Part shown: positions 14,595 through 43,003 of the stretch, piece by piece
Layout: the number at the start of each line of letters is the position of its first letter
Numbering within the stretch: the first letter of the stretch is position 1
Source of the DNA: the human T2T-CHM13v2.0 reference genome, Homo sapiens
Length of the DNA: 64,000 nt
Direction: 5' to 3' (one strand)
NCBI RefSeq assembly: GCF_009914755.1
Contig: NC_060926.1
Program-made: the position numbers and the translations under genes
The notes under the pieces: generated by a model
What the model saw: only the letters and a program-made list of their open reading frames with translations
The model's database searches: none
Told to the model about the DNA's origin: nothing

Positions 14595-16625
14595 TACGCT
14601 ATTCCTTTAAAAGCCAGGGTAAATTCAAAACCTATAATTCATAATCGAATGTCTTCCCCGTGACACTATAACACTCCAATACCACTTTGTTGTCAGTGTT
14701 AACAAGGGCATAGCCTGAAAGCACTGAGGCTACTGATGACCCGTAGCCTTTCTATCAAAAATCCTTAAGCCAGTAACCCGCGGATGGCCCAAATGCATTC
14801 AATCTATAGCGGCAACTGCTTTGCTAGCAGATGAAAGTAGAAAAATAACTTTTAGAGGAAACCTTACTGTAAGCACACCTCACCAGTTCAGAAGTATCCT
14901 AAGTCAAAAAAAAAAAAAAGCAAAAAGGTAGCTTACTAACTCAAAAATCTTAAAGTATGGGGCTATTCCATTAGAAAAAGACGATTTAACATTAACCACT
15001 GATAATTCCCTTAGCGGGTTTCCTAACAGGGGATCTAAATCTTAATTACCATACAAAGGTCCAACCAGACCTAGGAGGAACTCCCTTCAGGACAGGGGGA
15101 TAGATGGTTCCTTCCTAGTGACTGAGGGAAAAAGACATAATGGATATTCAGTAATTAATAGGGAAACTCTTGTAAAAGCAGAGTTAGGAAAATTGCCTAA
15201 TAATTGGTCTGCTCAAATGTGAGAGCTGTTTGCACTCAGCCAAGCCTTAAGGTACTTATAGAACCAGGAAGGAAACATCTATACCAATTCTAAGTTAATT
15301 TGGACTAAACAAGGTCTTATTAATAGCAAAGGATAATTGAAATCCCAAACTTACAAGGTTTTCAAAAAAGTAAAGTTTGCTAAAAGTTAACAGTGTAACA
15401 TGTATTATCCTGACTTCTAATCTTGTGGCGTTAGGCAGTCTAGTCCACAGACATGAAGGAAGTTCACTTTGGAAAAGAATGGTTATCATCTTTGGAAAAA
15501 AAAAAGGGGGGGAGTGGAGAATTTACGTAAAAAGAATGCTATATGGTAAATTATTGTGCGAAAATAAATTAACTGGTTGTTTAAAGAAAGGGATGTTTGC
15601 AACAAGACAAAGTTGAGGCATATCGAAGAATTGTCTGTGGAAGTCGTGAAAAAAAATGCATGTTATAAAAGGGGATTTATGCAAGAAATGTTGTATAATT
15701 TAAATGTATTTAGGTATCCTGAATGTAAAACTATTGAAGAAACAGTTTATGTGCAAGGTATATAAGGAAAGTAAAATATACTTTTGGTAAAAGGATTATA
15801 AGGAGGAATAAGAACGTGGATTTTTACCTACATTTAAAGGTTAAAAAATTGTTTTGAGGGTTTTAAGCAAGTTTAAAACGTTAATCGTAAAGGAAATTCT
15901 GTGTGCAAACGTATTGGCTAAAGTTATAAGGGTATCATCCAGTTTTTCTGTGAATTGGACATTAAAAGCACAGCGGGTTTTTCTTAAAGCACTAACCTGC
16001 TCTTTAACAAAAATTATAAAAGGTTAAAAAGAGTCTATAAAAATCTTACCTTATGGTCAGAAGTTAAAATTAGATAAATATGTCTACAAGGTTTTATTAA
16101 AATTGAGTTTAACATTAATAAACACTAATATAAAGGTGAAATTTAGTTTATCTGGTATAAAAATCATACAGGAAGCATTGTAAAATATCAAATGGTGTTT
16201 GGCTTTCTTTGGTCTAAAAACTAATAAAAATAGGTGATAAAGGAAATTTCTCAGTAAAAAGTCACCAGGAACTACAAAGTCCACTGCTGATGTCCCCACA
16301 TTTAAAACAAAAGATTGATTTCTTAGAAATTATATACTTGGTGTATCTTCCACTTTCCTTTTCCTCAAAACTAAAAGTCTTTTAGCACAGGTACCACCCC
16401 TAGAATTTCTGGTAAACCAGCACCAGCCTGAAGGTCACGTTCTCATCAAAGAGTGGAAAGAAAGAAAACTCAAGACAGCCTAGGAAGGACCCTACCTTGT
16501 GCTGCTAACCACCAAGACTGCTGTTCGTACAGCAGAAAAGGGATGGACTCATTACACCTGAGTCAAGAAAGCACCGTCCCCTGCAGAGTCGTGGGCCATG
16601 GTCCCAGGGGAAAACCCTACCAAAC
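14595..16625 (+). pseudogene. pol: ERV pol remnants with large internal deletions
   Basis: RT N-terminus (IPLKARVN...YNTPI) fused to tether (PVAFLSKILKPVTRGWPKC); RNase H (DGS...WSAQ..EL...IYTNSK) to ~15293; integrase C-terminus EGPYLVLLTT at ~16485; no YxDD region seen. Confidence 0.82.
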
Positions 16626-16649
16626 TAAAGCTAAGAAAAGTTTGACTCT

Positions 16650-18660
<2,011 letters not shown>

Positions 18661-18692
18661 AGAAAGCTGTAAGGAAATACCAGGGGAGGGGT

Positions 18693-19162
18693 TGTTAGAC
18701 ATGAGTTCTAAATTTCTTTTCAAAGACTCAATATGTCAGTATGTTAAATCCTTTACCTTCTACTTTTAAACTTAACTTCCTCATAAAGCAACCTTTTTCA
18801 ATTACCTGCTCCACTGTGACTCATTTCAATCACCTGCTCCACCCTGACTCATTCTGATTACCTGCTCTGTCATAACCATTTTTCCTGCCAAACCATTTAC
18901 CCCATCACGCTCTTTAAATTAGCCAATCGGAATTAGTTTAGCCTGTGCAGTCTAACCCTAGCCAATAGGGGAACGACACAGCAGCAGGGGCCAAGTAAGT
19001 CAGGGATAAGAACCCCTTCCCTCCCTTGTTCAAGTGTGTGCTCACCATTGCTCCATCTTTAAGGGTGCACCCTTCTATAGAAGTACCTTGCCTTGCTGAG
19101 AATTAAAAAGAAAATTTTATACTCGAGTGCTATTTCTTTTGTGGCACCGAAACTTTATAACA
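18693..19162 (+). repeat. 3' LTR, preceded by polypurine tract aggggagggg (18682-18691)
   Basis: Direct repeat of the 5' LTR; TGACTCA at 18817 and 18845. Confidence 0.93.
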
Positions 19163-19265
19163 ATCATGATGGCCAGACTGGTCTCAATCTCCTGACCTCA
19201 GGTGATCCGCCCACCTTGGCCTCCCAAAGTGCTGGGATTACAGGCTTGAGCCACCACACCTGGGC
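19163..19265 (-). mobile_element. Second part of the Alu split by the provirus
   Basis: Continues the Alu interrupted at 11374. Confidence 0.9.
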
Positions 19266-19419
19266 TGTCTTTTCTAAATTGAATATATTTCTGTAACCAT
19301 TCTATCTTTTTAAAGTTATAGTAAATGAATTGTATTATTTTTAATATTTCAAGACAACATGATACAATCATTTCAACTCACCTTTAGTTTCAAAATCTTT
19401 AAAATGAAGGTTTTCATAC

Positions 19420-19590
19420 AATTTTGGAGCTAGAGAATATGTTATGTACTGTAACACTTTCATTTTCAGACCAAGACTTTGAGGTCCAGAGAAGTTAAAT
19501 TATTTGTCCAAAATTAAATAGCTCATTAGTTACAACGTCAGAACAAGAAGCCTGGTTCCTGCCTTCCTGTCCAGTGCTCTTTCTATAGCA
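19420..19590. mobile_element. MIR remnant
   Basis: cattttcagaccaagactttgaggtccagagaagttaaattatttgtccaa core. Confidence 0.65.
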
Positions 19591-20502
19591 GGACTGCATC
19601 TCCATTTAAAGTGTCATTTATATTTGAATACCATGAGTATAAGTCATCATTTTCACATCGTGTGTATTTTTCCCCTTCAGTATTCATAATTAGAACACCC
19701 ACAAAAGAGAAATCTTCCAATAAAATTGGATGTCCCTACAGGTCCCCAGAGTTGTTATTGACAGAGTGAACAGTGAAAGTCCCTGGGCTTTATGTTCTGC
19801 TCTGCTGCTGATTTGGTGTATAACTTTGAGATTATTTCCCCCTTGGGCTTTCCTAATGTGTTGGATTCCAGTTATAGACAGAATATCTGAAAGCCCTCAT
19901 CTAAGTCAGTCTATTGAGAAAAATGTGTATACTAACAGGAAAAATAGAAAATTAAAAAGACAGTTGAAAAACAAGATATACAGCATCATTTAGGAAATTA
20001 AATTTGAGGAAGTGCACTTACTTTTAACCCAGGAACTTGATCCTCATGTCTCTCACGGTGGTTAAGGGTATATTTCTAAGCCTCTCCTCTTAAGTGTAAT
20101 AATCACTTACATAGATTATTGATCTATCTTGGCCAGAAAGCACAGACTCTGAACATCTGACATAAGTGTTATAAAGGACCAATTAACTGACCTAAGTATG
20201 AAAATAATCGTTTGTTAATTAAAAAAAAATCAAACAAGGTGACTTCCTGTTAAACTCTTGATTGAACACACATTAGTTTCTCTGGCCATTTTCAAATATA
20301 AAAATGACTGTAAATTTCTTTTTAATAAAAGGGACTTAAATACACAAGGAAAGGGGACTGGGAGAGGAGAGGAAATGTATACAAAACTTTGGAAGCTGGA
20401 AATCAGAAGGTGCGTGGCCGTATGCTTGACTGACCAGGAGAAGCTGGAACCAGGACATCACTGCTCAGAAAGTCTGTTAGGCAGGGGACAGTGGCTCATG
20501 CC

Positions 20503-20683
20503 TGTTAAATCAAATTTAGCCTAAAGCTGCCTCCTTACATATTTTAAGTTTGGCTTAAAGATTTCTCTGTACATGGTGAACTCTAACAAGTGGAAGTGTG
20601 AACAGACCATAGCCTACACTTGTGCCAATCACCAAGTTTTGGCCAATCAAATGTAGCCAGCTGTTTGAACTGTGTTCAAATAA
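20503..20683 (+). mobile_element. Truncated MER57-like ERV1 LTR
   Basis: tgttaaatcaaatttagcctaaagctgcctccttacatattttaag start; ends abruptly. Confidence 0.7.
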
Positions 20684-21145
20684 TGCTCACAGCTCACTGC
20701 AGCAGAGCCATCTTCCCCCACCATTCTGTCTGAAGTTGCTGCCACCACCCCTTGGTTCACTCTGCATCACACCAACATCCGTATCTTCTGTCTCCTCTTA
20801 CACATGCACAGGTGGTCTTTGTCATTGTCTTCCCTCGTGGGAATATGAGCTCCTTTCAAAGAAGGACTCAGTTGTCTTGTTCAGCACTATGTCCCTGCCT
20901 GGTATGCTTTGCTTGCGTGAATGAATTCATGGTGATTATTTAGTTCCTACTAGTTCTTACAAAATGTATTTTCTTCCAAAATGCTGCCATCTTTATTCCC
21001 ATAACTACCGTCTTGGCACAATCCCTCATCTCTTTACTCTGAGGTAAGCACAGTTGTTTCTCAATTACCCAGAACCCCACATGTTACTTCTAGACGATTC
21101 TTCCTAAAGTACCATCTTTGTTGTGAACTCTCCCTAGGATGGTTT

Positions 21146-22365
<1,220 letters not shown>

Positions 22366-22599
22366 ATTCCTTTTATTTCCCTTTTGGCCAACGGCAGACA
22401 AAGTCAGACCACAGGACATTAATGATTATATCCAGATTTTCATCATTGCCAAGATATTGTTGATTAAGATCAGAAGATTGCTTGTTGAATGTAGCCTCTG
22501 ATTGATCTAGGGTTAATCTTTCCTTTACCTTCTGTTGTAGGATGAGTGGCTGCACCTCTGATGAGACAATGGCTGCACAGAAGCATTTAAGACTCTGCA

Positions 22600-25122
<2,523 letters not shown>

Positions 25123-25379
25123 AAGATGTGAATCTTTTGAACTGGGAAATGTGAATCAGAGGAACATTACTTTGGCCTTTTACTGCTATGTTATTTGTTA
25201 ATAGTACCTGGTAAGGTCCTTTCATTGTGATTCAAGGGCAGTCTTTCTCTAGGGTCTTTTCCAGGAAGACTAAACCTCCATGTTGCAGATTATATAGAGG
25301 TTGTTCAGAGGGTGGTTTGGAAATGCACCTTTTGCTTGTTGATGAAGTAATTAATCATATCTGCCTGTAGAAAGATAAT

Positions 25380-26445
<1,066 letters not shown>

Positions 26446-27490
26446 AAGGTAGAATATAAGATTGGGGGTGAAATTCCCAAATACATGGGGCAATCTGTTA
26501 TTAATTCATAAAGAGATAATCTGTGGGTTTTCAGAGGGGGTTCATTTTATAGACATTAAATCTAATGGTCATACTTCAGGCTATGGGAATTAAGAGTTCC
26601 TGAGTGCTTTGCTAATTTTATTTTAGAATTCCATTAGTTCTATTTTTTCCCTGAGTATTATGGATAATGCATTTTTGAGTAAAAGACAAAACTTTACAGA
26701 GTATTAGTAGTACTAATAAAAAGAATAGTACTAATAAAAAGAGAGATAAGTGGGAATTTCCCAAGTGGGAAAAACAAAAGCAAGATTTTTTTTTTTTTCT
26801 TAGAGGCGTAGCTCTCTGGCAAGGAGAAGATTCAACCAGCTCTGAGAATAAATAGACAATAACCAGAACATATTCATAACCCAGTGCAGGAGGCATTTAT
26901 ATAAAGTCCATCTGGAGTGTTCAAAGGGCCCTTGAGGTTTGGTTTCTGTCCATGTCTGATCTTTACAGTTTTGCCAGGATTGTGTCACTGGAAGGTAGGA
27001 GATGTTTTGGAAACATCCTCAGCACTAACTCTAAATTTAGCCCGCTTATGTTAGTCTAATATTGTTGCCAATTTATTTCTGCTATTACTTGTAATATCAT
27101 GAAGCATCTTTACTAAATTCCATTTTTCATTTTTTGGCACTACTGGCAGATCATTCTGCAAATGCCAAATATTATCTATATGCAATGAGCATCCTAATTT
27201 TTTCCATTTGCTTTTTTCCAAACCAGGAGCTTGTCTCTGACAGTCAATAATAGCCTTTTTGAATTCTCCAAGGCCTCTCTTTTCTGTGTTATTACAGGAA
27301 CAATTATGTTTGGCTAATGTTGCCTTTTTTGGCATAGTGGTCAGCTAAAGCACTACCATGAGATTTGGGATCCTTGCATTCTATAAGCAGGGAAGTAACT
27401 ATAATAAAAGTGGAAGGTCATAAATTTAGGGCTCAGCCCTAAGTTTCTATTTTTAAAAAGAAACCGTCCACAAATAAAATTACATCAGAT

Positions 27491-27792
27491 GGCCGGGTGC
27501 GGTGGCTCACGCCTGTAATCCCAGCACTTTGGGAGGCCGAGGCAGGCGGATCACCTGAGGTCAGGAGTTCAAGACCAGCCTGGCCAACATGGCAAAACCC
27601 CGTCTCTACTATAGATAAAAAAATTAGCCAGGCATGGTGGCAGGTGCCTGTAATCCTAGCTACTGAGGAGGCTGAGGCAGGAAGAATTGCTTGAACCTGG
27701 GAGGTGGAGGTTGCAGTGAGCCGAGACCATGCCACTTCACTCCAGCCTGGGTGACAGAGTGAGACTCCATCTCAAAAAAAAAAAAAAAAAAA
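27491..27792 (+). mobile_element. AluS
   Basis: Full-length Alu with degenerate TSD aaaatta..tcag. Confidence 0.9.
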
Positions 27793-29426
27793 TTATGTCA
27801 GGGATATCTGGGGAATTGGTAACAAACCTGTATAAGATTCAGGTAAATCTGTAAGACGGACTTAATTGTGAAGTTCTCCTTCAGGTAAAGGAAGGGGAGT
27901 GGCTAGGTTTAGAGTGTTGCAGTGATAGTGATGTTTGAAGGTGAAAGCATAGCGTTTGATAGGATGTCAGGCAGCTAGCTGAGAAATGCTGACTATTTTC
28001 CATTAATAAAGGAGTGTGTACATGAGAAACCATTAAGTTTCATGGAGAAACTAGAACTGAGCCACCTGAGGCTTCCATAAATATGCTGGTGCTGCTATAG
28101 TTCTTAGACAAGGTGACTACATCTTAGCTACTGGATCTAATGGGAAGACTGAAAAAAGGGCCTCTGATGGTTGTCAGGTAATTGGGTTAGTATTCCTAGT
28201 GTTTAGACTTTTAATAACAAAATAGGAAAAGGGTTTATGATAAAAAGGTGACCCCAGGTTTGGGGACTGTTGCAGAGACTTTTTTAGGTTTCGGAAGTCT
28301 TATTATATGAATCTTCCTAGAGTAAGAGGTTCAGGATCTAAGGACTTAATTCACGGAAAGGGGTAGCAATGGCAGAAGAGGTTGGCACCCATCACCCATA
28401 ATATATAGTCACCCTAGGAACCCTCAAAGTTGCTTTGTAATAGTTCGTTTGGGAAAACTGAATAATTTGTAATTTTTATGCTGCGAGAGATTTGCCTTCT
28501 TTTGATGGTGTGTGCCCTAAATAATGAACATTTTGTTGTTGCTATTGTTGTTGTAGCAGAATTTTAATTTCTCTTTGAAGGCTTTATGTCTCTTCTGAAT
28601 GAAGGTCTTTAATAAATACACCAAATCAGTCTTAAAGTTTTGCTCATTTTTTGAACATAGTAAAAGATCATCTACGTATTATATCTACATATTATATTAG
28701 AATAGACTCACAAGGAAATCTCAAATCCTTGCAGTCCCAATTAAGAACCTGAGAGAAATAAGAAAGGATCTTCAGTAAATCCCTGAGGCAAAACAGTCCA
28801 GGTACAGTATATTGTTGATTTTCCCATGAGAAGGGAAATAAATATTGACTGCCTAGATCTAATGGGATGCTAAAAAACATAAGCCCATCACAGTGAAGTG
28901 AGTGGCTTCGGGTAGTATTGAAGACAAAATAGAATTTGAATTAAGGACCACTGGGAAAAGAGGAATCACGATCTTATTTATGGACCTCTGGTCTTGCATA
29001 AATCAATATCTATGCCTGTGAGGTCTTTTACAGAGCAACACTGGAGTACTACAAGGGCTGGTGCAAGGAATAATGAATGAGTCCCTGTTTATAAAATCTT
29101 CCATCATGGGCCTTGATGCTTTCTTAGCTTCGGGCTTTAAAGGGTATTGAGCAAGAACAGGTAAAGGTTTAGAAAAGTCGGTTTCTGCTTTGATGGGCTT
29201 GGTCCCCAGAATGCTTCCCTTATCAGAACTCTTGTCCCAGAGAGAATCAAGTACCTTACGTAATTCCTCAAATAGACATTGGGTTAAACGTACAAGGACA
29301 AACAAAGTGCCATATAAATTGCATTATTAAATGATTATGCCTGGGAGAGTTTTTAGGTGCTTTTAGAAATAGGCCATCTGAGGAACATTTGAGTTGACAG
29401 TTCCATTCACACAAAAGATTCCTCCT

Positions 29427-29723
29427 GGCCGGGCATGGTGGTTCACGCCTGTAATCCCAGCACTTTGGGAGGCCGAGGCAGGTGGATCATGAGGTCAGGA
29501 GATCTAGACCATCCTGGCTAACAGGATGAAACCCCGTCTCTACTAAAAATACAAAAAAATTAGCCGGGTGTGGTGGCAGATGCCAGTAGTCCCAGCTACT
29601 CAGGAGGCTGAGGCAGGAGAATGGCGTGAACCCGGGAGGCGGAGCTTGCAGTGAGCTTAGATTGCACCACTGCACTCCAGCCTAGGTGACAGAGCGAGAC
29701 TCCGTCTCAAAAAAAAAAAAAAA
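29427..29723 (+). mobile_element. AluY
   Basis: Y-diagnostic positions, A tail. Confidence 0.9.
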
Positions 29724-30125
29724 GCATCCCTCCCAATGCAATATACTTGTGTGGTGTCACAGAGACGAAATACATGCTGACTAGTGAAGAGGCCAAGAAT
29801 TACAGTTACAGGTTGCGTAATGGGAAGTGTTTGAGTGCTGTTTTGAAATTCCAGAATAGTTTAGTGACTTTAAGGAAGATGAGTAGGAATCATGGTAGAA
29901 TTTATAGTAGACAGAGTAGCACCTGTACCTATCAGAAAGATTTGCTTTCTCCCTCTATTATTAAAGATAATCCTCCTTAATGATTTGAAGGAGAAATTGG
30001 GCACTATAATATTGCCCAGAGTCCCTTCATTATTCCTATTTAGAATAACAGGGAAGGAGCATTACTTCTGTTTCATTTTAGTTAAGATGGGTTACTTTTC
30101 CTAGTGCTCTCCCCTTTGTTAAGTG

Positions 30126-30431
30126 CAGTTGGCCCTCTGTATCTGTGGATGACACATCCATGGATGTAACCAACCTCAGATAAAAAAATTTGGAAAAAAA
30201 TGAAAAACAATAATACAAAAATAAAAATACAAATTTAAAGAACAATGCAGTATAACAACATTGTATTAGGTATTATAAGCAATCTGGACATGATTTAAAG
30301 TATAGGGGAGAATTTGTATAGGTTATATGCAAGTAGTACACCATTTTATTTTAGAGACTTGAGCATCTGTGGATTTTGGTGTCTGCAGCAGGTCCTGGAA
30401 CCAGTCCCCTTCGGATATCAAGGGAGGATTG
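30126..30431. mobile_element. MER2-like Tigger DNA transposon
   Basis: Terminal inverted repeats cagttggccctctgtatc / gatatcaagggaggattg followed by TA. Confidence 0.75.
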
Positions 30432-30964
30432 TACAAGTAAGTGTTTTTGTCAAAGGGAAGGTTTTTACTGTCTCTTGAGGTAGAGGAGGATAGAAATAAT
30501 TGCTTTAATTGTTACATGATGTGCTTTGTTTCTGTGTTTGTTTTCCTTCTGGGTATCTGAAGCATCTTCAAAATGTTCCACTAAATGTTGAAGTTCAGGC
30601 AATATGGTAATTTGTAAGCCATGTTTTTTGAGTTTACGTTCCATATCTGTCCAACAGAAAAGGTGGGAAGGGCACTAGAAATGCCAACATCAGGTGTTAA
30701 CCTAGAACACTATCTAAATGTGCTCGTTAGTCTGTCACCAAAGTCCCTTTGGTGTCTCTTTTGCTATTTGCAAGATTGAATCAAGGTCCAGTTTACTTTC
30801 TTTATTATTTTTATTTTTAAAATTAAAACAAAATTATTGTAGTAATAGTGTTACCATTTTATTTTAGCAGGAAGGTCTTGTGTTATAATTCCAAGAGGTT
30901 GTCACCCATTTGCTGTATTTTAAGTACTCCCAATTGAGCAAAATGCATTTGATTTTTAAAAATT

Positions 30965-33228
<2,264 letters not shown>

Positions 33229-33468
33229 CCAGAGTGAGTTTTGAAAGCTGATAAGGAATCGGCTGAGGGAAATTGGAGAAAAGTGGTCTAGGGAGTGGGA
33301 AGAGGGTACACCAAGGCATGGAGTCACTCAAGTGTGGCTTGTTCAAGAATCCCCAAGTAGGCTCAGCATAATGGGAGCCCTCCATGGCAAGAAGTGAGCA
33401 GGTTAAGAGAGGCAAGGGCCAGGTCACTAAGGCTCTTATGTATCAAAGAGTTGGATTTTCTTCTAAAG

Positions 33469-35800
<2,332 letters not shown>

Positions 35801-35984
35801 AAAGGAAATAGAGAGCCATTGAAGGATTTTAAACAGTTAGAGAAGACTGAGTTTGGTGACGGGTGGCAACAAAAGATTATGCTTTAGAAGAATCTTTTGG
35901 ACACACAGTGTAGCATTTGGGTCCAAGTAGGGGAGGAGTGGACTTGCATCTTTCTTGCAGGGGAGAGGATTAATATATTTTATT

Positions 35985-36341
<357 letters not shown>

Positions 36342-37055
36342 TAAAATCCCTTAGGAAGGTGCTGGGTGGTGAAAGTCACACCTGCTTGCCATGTGCTACA
36401 CCCAACCAGGTTTCCTCCAGCTTGGGTGCAGATTGTTCATCCTTCAGTTGGGATGATGTGTGAAGTTGGGAGCTTATGTTTAGCATCTGTGTTGCATGAA
36501 AAATGTTTAAACACTGGAATTGCACTCAAGGTAGGGAGACGCTCATGCCACCAGCAGCCCACAGGTACTGAGACTGACTGGGAGGAGAGCAGACACTGGT
36601 CTCTGTACCATGCTCACTCTAGAGTGGCCAGTCATTGGCTCACCATACATACTGGTGGGTAGGATTAGCAGTGCCATTTAAATTGCTGCTCCAGCATCCA
36701 TGATCTCCTTGCCCCATTTTGTAGCAGCCATGTTGTGTGGGGAACTGACCCCAACCCCTGCCCTAGGCATGGGTCCTGACTAGTCTAAGCCAACCAGGTT
36801 AGTTCTATCCCCTAGCCACAGTGATTGGCTTGAATAACACAGGCCTAAGTCACCAGACAATGGCGGTCCCATGGCCACAGCAAAGAAGTGGCCAACCAAC
36901 TTGAAGCCAGGACTTCTGTTCCATGATTTGGACCTGCTTGCTTTCTCCTTCTTGGTGTAAACAAGGAGTACCAGTTGCCACTGGAAGCCATATTGTCATG
37001 ATGAGGAAAGCCATGTCAGCAAAAAAGCCAACACATGAAGGAAGACAGAGCTGAA

Positions 37056-38236
<1,181 letters not shown>

Positions 38237-38853
38237 GAGAGAATTGCCAATAAATGAAGCCAAATCATTGACTGAATTATACCTTAAGCCTCTTCCCATT
38301 AAGCTCTTAACTTTGCATTACAATCCTCTTTATGGCTTACTCCAGTTTGAAGTAAACTGAAGTTGAGTTTTGTGATGTTCTCAAGCACAGGCATCCTGCC
38401 TTTCAAGCAGGACCCCACTGCACACACAAGATGAAAGGTGTGCCGTCTTGTTGAGGAAGAGAGAATGAACTCTCAGAGAAGGGGGAAAGGGGTTCTGCTG
38501 GGTGTTCTCAGTTGACTCATACCCATAACAGCTCCCTTTGGGGGTGTATTGTCACTATTGTATCCATCTTGTGGGAGGTTTTATGACTTACCCACAGTTA
38601 CATGCCACAGTGAAGTTGAATAAAGATGACTCTATCACCCTGTGCAGATGACTTCCAGAGGTTTGATGGTCCTTGGGTGCCACAGCGAAGTAATATTGAT
38701 GAGGCTTAGGATACATGAATGGGAAGGTTGTGCATAATGAGCCAGTGCACACTCAACATCTAGTGTGAACTGGAATAGTCAGAACTCCTCTCTCCTCCCC
38801 GGTCAACACTCCTCCCCTCTCCTGGTTTCTGCTTTGCTCTTAGCCAGTTCCCA

Positions 38854-39488
38854 TGTGGTAGGCAGAATTCTTAATTGGCTTCCCAAGATTTTCCACCTTA
38901 ATCCCTGGGCCTGTGACTTTAATGAGATTATCCGCCCATGATTATGTTGTGTTACTACTGGCAAAAGAGATTTTGAAGATGTAATTAAGGCTAATAATCA
39001 TTTGGCTTAGAGTTAATCAAAAGGGAGATTATCCAAGTGGGCCTAACTTAATTACATCCTTTTTAAAAGCAGAGTTTTCTTTGGCTGGTGGCAGATGAGG
39101 AGGTCAGAGAGATTCAAAGCATGAGAAGGATTTGGCATGTCCTTGCTGGCTTTGAAGATAGAGGGACCACACTCAAGGACCAGAGAGAAGCCACAGTTGC
39201 TGACAGTGACCCTTCACCAACAGCCAGCAAGGAAATGGACCTCAGCCCTGTGGCTGCATGAAACTGAATTCTGCCAGCAACCCCCAAAGAACTTGGAAGT
39301 GTGTTCTTTCCCACAGCACCCAGATGAGAGCCCAGCCAAGCTGACACCCTGATTTCAGCCCCTGAGTAGAGAATCCAGTAGAGTCTGCCTGAACTTCTGA
39401 CCCATAGAAATGTGAGATAATAAAAGGGTGTTGTTTTAAACCATTAAATTTCTAGTAATTCATCACAAAGCAATAGAAAACTAATACA
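38854..39488. mobile_element. MLT1-type MaLR solo LTR
   Basis: tgtggtaggcagaatt...gcaatagaaaactaataca termini. Confidence 0.8.
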
Positions 39489-39622
39489 CTCCATTAAGGT
39501 GTCAGCTAGTAATTCCTCAAGTGCTTTTTATTAGGAGCTCTGGAGGTAGACAAACTTAAACATGCAAATGTATGAATCTCTATTTTAAGCACCTGGTTGA
39601 AGAGGAAGATATTTTGGGTTAA

Positions 39623-40362
<740 letters not shown>

Positions 40363-40441
40363 TTAATAAAAGTTATAAATTGGGAAAGGCACAATTATAG
40401 CTTTGTGAACAGGCATATGTAACCCTGATAGGCGAAGGGGC

Positions 40442-41118
<677 letters not shown>

Positions 41119-41252
41119 GGGGGGTCTGATATAGTAACCTGGGAAAAGATAAAAACAAAAAATATTCCTTGACCTGTCTAATGACCATTTTAGAGGTGAA
41201 ATGCTGCATTTAGGTACTAAATAATTTAAGTCTAAAATACATATTCAAGTAA

Positions 41253-43003
<1,751 letters not shown>

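Noticed and set aside
26708-26743. 18-bp tandem duplication tagtactaataaaaaga
   Set aside because: Ordinary slippage in a dead integrase sequence
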